Assembly (NCBI GenBank): GCA_038850275.1
Contig: JAWCLZ010000006.1
Span: forward strand, 393 to 64,392
Origin: Methanocellales archaeon
Lineage (GTDB): Archaea > Halobacteriota > JAWCLZ01
Direction of reading: 5' to 3'
DNA: 64,000 nt
Program-made: the position numbers and the translations under genes
In this document: positions 1 to 9,011 of the stretch, in pieces
Layout: the number at the start of each line of letters is the position of its first letter
Numbering within the stretch: the first letter of the stretch is position 1
The notes under the pieces: model-generated
Database searches by the model: none
Told to the model about the DNA's origin: nothing
The model's input: the letters and a program-made list of their open reading frames with translations, nothing else

Positions 1-728
1 ATGAATGCAATGTGCTTAGGATGCTTGCCATCCTGCCTCAAAATAGTTCCCTCAGTTGGCCCAGCTGCGTTGAGAAGCCGCTCATATTCCAGGCCTGTTA
101 ATACATTTTCCAACACCCCATAGCCATAATTGCGCAGCACCGAGGGATCATACATGTCAAATCCAGTGGCCACGATTATAGCCCCCACATTTAACTCCAC
201 TATCTCATCCTGCATTGCGAAATTAATTGCCATGCGGTCTCCGCATGCTTCCACGCATTTGAAGCATTTGATGCAGTGCTTCGTATCAATAGTATATACA
301 TTTGGCACCGCTTGTGGAAATGGTACATATATTGCCTTTCGCGATTTGGTATTAGCATCATATTCATTGGGCACTTCCACTGGACACGCTTGAGCACACT
401 CACCGCAACCAGTGCATTTGGCTTTATCAACATATCGAGATTTCTTAATTACCTCGACCTTAAAATCCCCGAGTTTGCCTTTAACCCGCTTCACCTCAGC
501 ATAGCTCAGCAATTCTATATTGGGATGCCTCGCGACCTCAACCATCCTCGGTGCTTCAATGCACATTGAGCAATCTAGCGTGGGCATGGTTTTATCAAGC
601 TGAGCCATTCTCCCGCCTATGCTGGGGAGCTTCTCAACTAAATAAACTTTATAGCCGATGTCCGCTAGATCTAAAGAGGCAACCATTCCAGCGATGCCTC
701 CGCCTATAACTAATACCGATCCCCTCAT
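1..728 (-). CDS. hdrA: Heterodisulfide reductase HdrA-like flavoprotein, lacking the N-terminal Fe-S domain; runs off the window start
   Basis: Manual translation from ATG at 728 gives MRGSVLVIGGGIAGMVASLDLADIGYKVYLVEK...LDKTMPTLDCSMCIE...CTGCGECAQACP...CIKCFKCVEAC...GLEYERLL. ATGA overlap with the upstream gene. Not in the ORF track because its stop lies outside the window. Confidence 0.93.
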   Translation of the reverse strand, partial: MRGSVLVIGGGIAGMVASLDLADIGYKVYLVEKLPSIGGRMAQLDKTMPTLDCSMCIEAPRMVEVARHPNIELLSYAEVKRVKGKLGDFKVEVIKKSRYVDKAKCTGCGECAQACPVEVPNEYDANTKSRKAIYVPFPQAVPNVYTIDTKHCIKCFKCVEACGDRMAINFAMQDEIVELNVGAIIVATGFDMYDPSVLRNYGYGVLENVLTGLEYERLLNAAGPTEGTILRQDGKHPKHIAF

Positions 729-1867
729 TTCATCTGCCTCCCTACTAGTGTAACTATATCTTTAACTTTGATATTATGCTGCACTGGTATTTTTTGCTCC
801 TCGCAGATTGAACAAGAGAAATGAATCAAGCAATGGGGGCAAGCAGTAACCAATGTTTGCGCGCCTGTTTCTCTCGCTTCCTTCAAGCGCTGCTCCCTAT
901 ATACCTTGGTCTCAGGCTCGCAGCTAAGCCAAGCACTTATGCCGCAGCATCCGGCTTTTTCCCTTATGTTCTTCATCTCCACAAATTTACCAAGCCTCTC
1001 CATTATAATCCTGGGAGTATCATAAACCCCGCAGTGCCTGCCAAGGCGACATGGATCTTGATAAGTGAGTACTTCGCTAGATCTAGCGACCTCGATTTTA
1101 CCGCTATTTATGCCCTCTATTATGACCTCAGTTATATGTTTAACTTTTATGTCAAAGCCTTTTATTACCCTTGGGTAATCTAGAAGGAAAGTTCGATAGC
1201 ATTCCGGGCAAAATGTGATTATCTCTTTAACTCCACGTTCCTTGAATACCTTTGTATTTGCATTTGCAAATTCCACGAAAGTTTTATAATCACCAGCCCA
1301 GAATACATCGTGCCCGCAGCACCTTTCATCCGCGAAGATTTGATAGTTTATATTCAACTTGTCCAAGATTTTGACACTGCTTCTCACCATTTCCTTTGCA
1401 TCGAAGTTCAAATCCATGAAGAACATCTCATAGAGGGGGATGCAGCTCACGAAAAAAAGCTTGTCCCCTTTTTTATTCAAATCAATTCCTGTTTCCTCAA
1501 ACCACTTTGTTCTATCAAGAGCCTTGGCTCTCGCCATTATCCTATGCATAGAATGAAAGATGCCCTTATGGGCATAGGGTATATCAACTGCTTGAGTTCT
1601 AGCGCTTCTAACCACTTCTTGGATATTTATACCCTGGGGGCATAGCACTGTGCACTGGCCACAGGTTAAGCAATACCAGAGATATGGGAGTACTAAGTCT
1701 TTTAAGCCATAGTTAATCATCCCCATCATAACATGGGGCTTGAACTCATACTTAGTTTCCCTAGCAACTGGGCAAACTGCAGTGCATTCAGCACATTTAA
1801 AGCACATCTTTGCTTGATCCCCGCCTGGTATTGCGGAGATCTTTTTAATAAATTCCCTAGAGATCAA
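725..1867 (-). CDS. HdrD/GlpC-like Fe-S oxidoreductase (2x[4Fe-4S] plus two CCG domains)
   Basis: CFKCAECTAVCP and CLTCGQCTVLCP motifs; CCG domains ERCCGH...CPEC and DPCRLGR...GCCG...ACPHC. Confidence 0.88.
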   Translation of the reverse strand: MISREFIKKISAIPGGDQAKMCFKCAECTAVCPVARETKYEFKPHVMMGMINYGLKDLVLPYLWYCLTCGQCTVLCPQGINIQEVVRSARTQAVDIPYAHKGIFHSMHRIMARAKALDRTKWFEETGIDLNKKGDKLFFVSCIPLYEMFFMDLNFDAKEMVRSSVKILDKLNINYQIFADERCCGHDVFWAGDYKTFVEFANANTKVFKERGVKEIITFCPECYRTFLLDYPRVIKGFDIKVKHITEVIIEGINSGKIEVARSSEVLTYQDPCRLGRHCGVYDTPRIIMERLGKFVEMKNIREKAGCCGISAWLSCEPETKVYREQRLKEARETGAQTLVTACPHCLIHFSCSICEEQKIPVQHNIKVKDIVTLVGRQMK

Positions 1868-1869
1868 TG

Positions 1870-2337
1870 CTAAACACCCTTTATAGCGCTAAGTGCGGAT
1901 TGAATCTTCTGCGCAAGCTCTTCCTCATTAACATAATCAATTGCTTTAGTCGGGCAGAATTCCAAGCAAACTGGCTTGCCCTCGCATAGATCGCAGGCAA
2001 ATGCTTTCTTTCTGTCAAGATGCATGGACATGGCTCCATATTCACAAGCCTCAACGCACCATCCGCAGCCATCGCATTTATCCTCATCTATTTTTATAAC
2101 CAAAGTTTTTTCATCCTGAGTAATTGCTCTTCTAGGGCACTTCAGCAAGCAGGGTGCTGGTTTGCAAAATCTACATGCTTGAGCGCTTGTCAGCGGAGGT
2201 ATGCTAACTGCTTTAATTCGCGCCTTTTTGGGATTGAAAACATTTTCCTTTTTATAGGAGCAGATAAGCTCGCAAGTGTGGCAGCCAATGCAAAGTGCTG
2301 GATCTGCAGCTAAAAATTTAGTCCCCATAATTATCAC
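1870..2337 (-). CDS. Four-cluster 4Fe-4S ferredoxin (DmsB/HydN type, often AOR-associated)
   Basis: CIGCHTCELIC, CRFCKPAPCLLKCP, CDGCGWCVEAC and CDLCEGKPVCLEFCP motifs. Confidence 0.9.
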   Translation of the reverse strand: MIIMGTKFLAADPALCIGCHTCELICSYKKENVFNPKKARIKAVSIPPLTSAQACRFCKPAPCLLKCPRRAITQDEKTLVIKIDEDKCDGCGWCVEACEYGAMSMHLDRKKAFACDLCEGKPVCLEFCPTKAIDYVNEEELAQKIQSALSAIKGV

Positions 2338-3392
2338 CTTTCCACGGGCAGCGTTTCCCCAGTTACAAGTTTATATAGCTTTGCCAGCTCTATTTCATCG
2401 TAGGGTGCGCGCTTGCATATGATTAGAGAATTGAGTAATTTATCAAGCTTCCCAACCAATGGTTTCACTGATTTTACACCAGCTACTTTTTCCACCCTCT
2501 CCGCTTCTGACTTAACTGCGAGGCTCTTTATAAATTCATTGAGTTTCTTAGCTTTCACTGCTTTTGCGAGAGCACCAGTATAAATCGGATTAAGTCCAAG
2601 TCGCTTGCATAAAGCAATTGCTTCCACAACTTCTTCTGCTTTATAGCCGTTGAATGCTTCAGCCTCCTCTGGAAATATAGCTGTCATCACTCCATTTGCT
2701 TGGAATACCTCTCGGCATGCAATATTGCATTGATAGCAAGAGCGATTCTTCGGGAGTTTTTTGGCAATTAAATCTTTTCTAATTTTACTCGGCACTTCTT
2801 TCTTTAAAATAGCCTTTATCAATTCATCTGGATGGGCTACTTTAACATCCTTCGATCCCCTAACAATAACTGCTTTCAAAAGTTTAGCACCCATGGCATA
2901 GCCAAGTCCACTTGCATCAAGCTGGTCATCGCAGTAGATGCTTGCAAATTTAACCTGATGCTCCCCCGCTGGACCTATAACTGCTACCCCAATTGTTGAA
3001 TCATTGGCATCCTTCAAAATCTGCTCAACTGTCTCACAGCAATCAAGACCCCAGAGTTTATCCGCGCGCTCGATATCCACGCCATCATCATCTATCCAAA
3101 GGGCAACTGGTCTCTCAGCTCTACCGCTAATTACAATGGCATCTAAGCCCACTAGCCTCATTTGTATACCAAAATTCCCAGGGAAGTAATCCTCTCCATT
3201 TATAGAGAAAACACCTACCACGCTTCCCGCAGGTACCAAGGTTCCTGAGAAAACTCCTGTTGCAAATATCAATGAATCTGGCTTCAATAATTTCGATGCC
3301 AATGCAGCGCCACCTATTCCTTCGATTTTCTCCACTTTTATACTTAAGCTATTCTTGGTCAAATTAGCATAGAGCACCTTTTTTTCAATCAT
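2334..3392 (-). CDS. Shortened, divergent aldehyde:ferredoxin oxidoreductase (AOR/WOR)-family protein
   Basis: AOR N-domain signatures GLDAIVISGRAERPV, LWGLD, IGPAGE, GLGYAMGAKLLKAV and CYQCNIAC. About 350 aa versus about 600 aa for typical AORs. ATG at 3392 preferred over the ORF-track start at 3419. Confidence 0.8.
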   Translation of the reverse strand: MIEKKVLYANLTKNSLSIKVEKIEGIGGAALASKLLKPDSLIFATGVFSGTLVPAGSVVGVFSINGEDYFPGNFGIQMRLVGLDAIVISGRAERPVALWIDDDGVDIERADKLWGLDCCETVEQILKDANDSTIGVAVIGPAGEHQVKFASIYCDDQLDASGLGYAMGAKLLKAVIVRGSKDVKVAHPDELIKAILKKEVPSKIRKDLIAKKLPKNRSCYQCNIACREVFQANGVMTAIFPEEAEAFNGYKAEEVVEAIALCKRLGLNPIYTGALAKAVKAKKLNEFIKSLAVKSEAERVEKVAGVKSVKPLVGKLDKLLNSLIICKRAPYDEIELAKLYKLVTGETLPVER

Positions 3393-3559
3393 CAATGAAC
3401 GCTCCCAAGTTTTTATCAATTAACCACAACACTTATACAATTTTCTCTTTGAATCGATTTATTCCTAGCTTAATTAAGGCTTGCTATTTGAAAAAAATCA
3501 ATCAATTTATATGCATGTATATCAAGATCAATGGCTAATCAATAGATTCTGGTGTTGGC

Positions 3560-4600
3560 ATGAGAGGAAAGCCCATTAGACTCGTTAAAGACGAGCAGCA
3601 AATAATTAAGCGAAAGATGTATTTCCGCTCGCATGAGGTAATTCATAATTTACTTAAATGTCAGGGCTGCGAGATATGTAAAACTTCCTGTCCAGAAGAG
3701 GCAATTAGTATCAGTGGCGCGGAGATCAAGGATGGAAAACTGATTAAGAAAAATAAAGCAGTTTTCGATGAAAATAAATGCACCTTCTGCGGTGTTTGCT
3801 CCCAGGTTTGCCCATATCACGCGATTGAATTCAAAATTGACGGCAAGCCCTCTCCACCTGTGCTGCAGGAGGATTTCCCTAAGCTTATTCGAGAAGTCTA
3901 TATAAATCAAGAGAAATGCGATCCCCGCTGCACCCTTTGCCAAGAGACATGCAAATTCGAAGCCTTGAAGTATGAAGATGGAAAAGGTGAAATTGAAATT
4001 TTAGATGTACAAATTAATGATGAACTCTGCAATTTATGCCGAAAATGCGAAGCTCCAGGCGTAGAAATCGCAGATAAAGTTTACATAAACTATGATAAAT
4101 TCACCGATGAAACCCTAAAAGCTCTGGAAAAATGCCCAGAAGGCGCGATTTCGATCAATAAAGAGAAGCGAAAAGAAAGGCTGATTAAAGTAGATCTAGA
4201 CAAATGCGTTACCTGCGGTTGGTGCGAAGGTGTTTGTCCAAATGGTGTGCTTGCGGTTACCACGCCTTTCGAAGGCACCTTAAGCATAGACACAGCTAAG
4301 TGCCCAGAGGCTTGCATAGTTTGCATGGAAGCATGTCCCTGCGGCGCACTACATGGTTCTCCCTTGGTTTATCGAACTGAATACTGCATATTATGTGGCG
4401 CGTGTAAAAATGCATGCCCAAATGGCGCTATTGCGATAACTAGAGAAAGAATTCGGCATACTAAAGCACACTCAGGCACTTGGTTTAGAGCTTTAAGCAA
4501 TTTAACAAGCACTAGAGCTTATGCCAAGGAATTGCAAGCAGAAGGCTATAATAGAACGATAAATACATTATTAAAAATAAGGGGTAGTGGTGGTAAGTGA
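3560..4600 (+). CDS. fwdF: Polyferredoxin, FwdF-like
   Basis: Multiple CxxCxxCxxxCP motifs over 346 aa; the terminal regions and overall layout resemble FwdF. Confidence 0.75.
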   Translation: MRGKPIRLVKDEQQIIKRKMYFRSHEVIHNLLKCQGCEICKTSCPEEAISISGAEIKDGKLIKKNKAVFDENKCTFCGVCSQVCPYHAIEFKIDGKPSPPVLQEDFPKLIREVYINQEKCDPRCTLCQETCKFEALKYEDGKGEIEILDVQINDELCNLCRKCEAPGVEIADKVYINYDKFTDETLKALEKCPEGAISINKEKRKERLIKVDLDKCVTCGWCEGVCPNGVLAVTTPFEGTLSIDTAKCPEACIVCMEACPCGALHGSPLVYRTEYCILCGACKNACPNGAIAITRERIRHTKAHSGTWFRALSNLTSTRAYAKELQAEGYNRTINTLLKIRGSGGK

Positions 4601-7359
4601 CTGAAGTTAAAGCTGAGGCTGAGGCTAAGGCTAAGGGGAAGGAAAAGGAAAAAGTCGCCGGCATTGGGCCAGGTGGCATAGAGATCACTGAACCTAGAAT
4701 AGGGGTATTCCCCTGCTACTGCGGCTCCAATATAGCTGGCACAGTTGATGTGGAAGCAGTCGCTGCCTATGCAAGAACCCTCCCAGATGTAGTATGGGTT
4801 CAGACCAATAAATATACTTGTGCGGATGTTGGTCAAGCGGAGATTCGAAATGCAATCAAGCAGCATAACTTGAATCGCGTGGTAGTAGCATCTTGCTCGC
4901 CTAGAATGCATGAGCCAACATTTAGGAGATGCGTCCAAGATGCAGGATTGAATCCATTTCTCTTTGAAATGGCAAATATTAGAGAATTCTGCTCCTGGAT
5001 TCACTATGCCAATAAAGAGGAGGCAACTGAGAAGGCGAAGGATTACGTTAGAATGGCAGTTGCAAAGGCAAGGTATCTTCAACCCCTAGAGCCATTCTAT
5101 GTACCAATCACCAAGAAAGCACTCGTTATAGGAGGGGGAGTCGCAGGTATACACGCTGCACTTGACATCGCGGATCACGGTTTTAAGGTGTACTTGGTGG
5201 AGAAGGAACCATCAATTGGCGGCAGAATGGCTCAGTTGGATAAAACCTTCCCAACCCTAGATTGCTCCATCTGCATAGAAGGACCTAAAATGGTCGAAGT
5301 GGGGCGGCACCCTAACATTGAATTGCTGGCTTATTCTGAGGTTAAAAAAGTCAGCGGCTTCATAGGCAACTTCAAAGTACAGGTGCTTAAAAAAGCCAAA
5401 TATGTAAGGAAAGAAAAATGCACCGGCTGCGGTGACTGCGCAAAAGCTTGCCCAGTGGAAGTGCCCAATGAATATGATGTAAACCTCGGCCCGAGGAAAG
5501 CCATATATATACCTCTACCGCAGGCTGTTCCAAATACCTATACCATTGACTTGAAGCACTGCATCAAGTGCTTCAAATGCGTGGAAGCATGCGGAGACCG
5601 CATGGCAATTGACTTCACCATGCAGGATGAAATCATTGAGCTCGAGGTTGGCACAATCGTGGTTGCCACTGGCTATTCGATGTGGGATGCCACTCAGAAA
5701 AAAGAATATGGCTATGGTAGATATGAAAATGTCCTTACCTCGCTTGAGCTCGAGCGATTGATCTGCGCTTCAGGACCGCTTGAGGGGCATGTGGTTAGAG
5801 CTTCAGATGGAAAAGAGCCCAAGAAAGTGGCATTCATAACCTGCGTTGGAAGCAGGGAAATGGATCCCAAGGGCATAGCCAAGCCATATTGCAGTAACTT
5901 CTGCTGCATGTTCACCTTAAAACTAGCAAATCTCTGGAAAGACCACTGGCCGGATGCTGAAATATATATAATTTATATGGATATGAGAACCATCTTCAAG
6001 GGCTTCGAGGACTTCTATATCAAAGCACGTGATCAAGGTATAACCTTCATTCGAGGAAGGCCTTCTGAGATAATCGAGCTTCCAAATAAGAACTTGTTAA
6101 TAAAGGTATTTGATACTTTCATAAATCAGCCCGTGGAACTAGAAGTTGAAATGGTTGTGCTAGCGGAGGCAAGCGTTCCTAATCCCGATTCAAAAGAGCT
6201 CGCTGCCATCTTAAATGTACCTACGGATGAGCATGGATTCTTCATAGAATCACATCCTAAGTTAAAGCCAATTGACTTTGCCACAGATGGAATATTCTTA
6301 GCTGGCTGCTGCCAGGGCTTGAAAGATATTCCCTATAGCGTGTCGCAAGCTCATGGTGCTGCATCTAGGGCAACAAGAGTTATGTCTCAAGATAAATGGA
6401 AGATCGATCCCATAGTCGCAGTTGTCGACGATAAACTCTGCATAGGCTGCGGTATGTGCGTTGAGAGATGTGCATATAAAGCAATATCCCTAATAGAAGT
6501 CCCAGGGAGGGAGAAAAAGCTCGCGAAGATCAATCCAGCTCAATGCCACGGCTGTGGCACTTGCGTGGCTGATTGTCCCAGCAATGCAATGCAGCAAATG
6601 CACTTTACTGATGCTCAAATCATGGCTCAAATTAGAGAAGCAACTGCTCGCAATCCAGAGCAAATTATAGTTGCTATGATCTGCAACTGGTGTACTTATG
6701 GCGCAGCTGACTTAGCAGGGGTAAGTAGAATTCAACAGCCTACTTCTGCTAGGGTAATAAGGGTAATGTGCTCAGGGAGAGTTGATAGAGACTTCATTTA
6801 TGAAGCCTTCAGGCGAGGAGCTGGGGCTTTCTTCATGGGTGGGTGTGAAATTGGCACTTGTCACTATGTATCAGGGAACAAGATCTCAGGGCCTAGGTTC
6901 GACAAGGTCAAAGAGGAGTTGGTGAAGCAAGGCTTAACACCTGAGAGAATGCAGAGGCGTTGGATCTCAGCTGCAATGAGCACTGTCTATGCTAATACCA
7001 TTAAAGAACTAGATAGGGTTATAAAGGAACTAGGCGTGGAGAGGATTAGAGCTGAGAATGAAAAATTAAGGCCATATCTAGAGAAGAGACTTGGACTCGT
7101 GCCCAAAGAAGTGCCTCCGCCGGTTGAAAAATTCTTCCCAGCTAAGGGCATCATTGAATCGCTGGAGAAACTGGGACTAGCCCTTGAAATTTCAGATGGC
7201 AAGCTAAAGATCGTGCCGCTTGCAGAGGCAAAAGCTAAGTATGATCGAGATCAAGTTCCAATGAAGGAATTCCTAGCGCTTTTAAAACCAGCTGGACTTG
7301 GTATTACCAAAAAACCTGATGGCACAGTTGAAGTTGTAAAACTAGCTGTGAAGAAATAA
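4597..7359 (+). CDS. hdrA: HdrA-MvhD fusion with an extra C-terminal domain
   Basis: CYCGSNIAG N-domain, GGGVAG FAD motif, LDKTFPTLDCSICI, CVGSR...YCSNFCC and a C-terminal ferredoxin, followed by MvhD motifs CNWCTYGAAD, RVMCSGRV and GCEIGTCHY. Confidence 0.93.
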   Translation: MTEVKAEAEAKAKGKEKEKVAGIGPGGIEITEPRIGVFPCYCGSNIAGTVDVEAVAAYARTLPDVVWVQTNKYTCADVGQAEIRNAIKQHNLNRVVVASCSPRMHEPTFRRCVQDAGLNPFLFEMANIREFCSWIHYANKEEATEKAKDYVRMAVAKARYLQPLEPFYVPITKKALVIGGGVAGIHAALDIADHGFKVYLVEKEPSIGGRMAQLDKTFPTLDCSICIEGPKMVEVGRHPNIELLAYSEVKKVSGFIGNFKVQVLKKAKYVRKEKCTGCGDCAKACPVEVPNEYDVNLGPRKAIYIPLPQAVPNTYTIDLKHCIKCFKCVEACGDRMAIDFTMQDEIIELEVGTIVVATGYSMWDATQKKEYGYGRYENVLTSLELERLICASGPLEGHVVRASDGKEPKKVAFITCVGSREMDPKGIAKPYCSNFCCMFTLKLANLWKDHWPDAEIYIIYMDMRTIFKGFEDFYIKARDQGITFIRGRPSEIIELPNKNLLIKVFDTFINQPVELEVEMVVLAEASVPNPDSKELAAILNVPTDEHGFFIESHPKLKPIDFATDGIFLAGCCQGLKDIPYSVSQAHGAASRATRVMSQDKWKIDPIVAVVDDKLCIGCGMCVERCAYKAISLIEVPGREKKLAKINPAQCHGCGTCVADCPSNAMQQMHFTDAQIMAQIREATARNPEQIIVAMICNWCTYGAADLAGVSRIQQPTSARVIRVMCSGRVDRDFIYEAFRRGAGAFFMGGCEIGTCHYVSGNKISGPRFDKVKEELVKQGLTPERMQRRWISAAMSTVYANTIKELDRVIKELGVERIRAENEKLRPYLEKRLGLVPKEVPPPVEKFFPAKGIIESLEKLGLALEISDGKLKIVPLAEAKAKYDRDQVPMKEFLALLKPAGLGITKKPDGTVEVVKLAVKK

Positions 7360-7384
7360 ATTTTAATTTTTTATCTTTTTTTAA
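7360..7384 (+). terminator. Oligo-T archaeal terminator after hdrA-mvhD
   Basis: T-rich run attttaattttttatcttttttt directly after the stop codon. Confidence 0.5.
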
Positions 7385-7387
7385 TAA

Positions 7388-8364
<977 letters not shown>

Positions 8365-8379
<15 letters not shown>

Positions 8380-8919
8380 ATGTAGAATTTTATCGCAGAA
8401 CATCGAGAGTTTGGATATAACTTGATCATCTTCTTCGCTGAGGGAGATGAAAACTCCATCAATATCCCAGAGCCTGATTTTTCCCGTTAAAAAGTGAATG
8501 AACTTAGTCACGCTTCCAGTTTTATTATAAATCAATAAAGTTGAGAGAGAATCGAAGAATACAAATTTCTCCCTACTTGGAATGGATTTAACCGCTTGAT
8601 CGAGTGCAAAGCTCATTCCAGTTAGATCCTCAATGCTAGTTATATAAAGAACTCCCTCGGTTTTCTCAGGTTTTCCTCCAGCGAGCTTGGTGAATCCATC
8701 GATGAAGATCACTTTTCTCAAATCAATTTTAGGCTCGAGTAGTTTCTTCATTGAGAAAAAAGGCTTGTTTAGAGTTACATATACCCCGAATTCGTTTCTT
8801 TGATTAACTAGATATTCAATGAGCTCAAGCACTGCCTTTTGATAATTCTCCGCCCCGGTTAGCACAAGAGTGATCCCGTGTGATCTAAGTTCATTTAAAG
8901 CCTGGCGGTTAAGAGACAT
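8365..8919 (-). CDS. Degenerate KaiC/RecA-fold domain protein
   Basis: GVYVT, VIFID and FFDSLSTLLIYN (Walker B-like) motifs and SMFCD tail; no intact Walker A. Confidence 0.7.
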
Positions 8920-9011
8920 AATATAAAATATGCTTTATTGAAATATATTAATTTCCATGAAAAAATTTCCAGGCATAACTTTTTTTAAGCTGTTTATCGA
9001 TTGATAGCACA

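Noticed and set aside
1-7359. Selenocysteine or pyrrolysine read-through in the Hdr/Mvh genes
   Set aside because: The expected ligand positions are ordinary Cys codons and the ORFs are uninterrupted; the TGA stops coincide with normal gene junctions.
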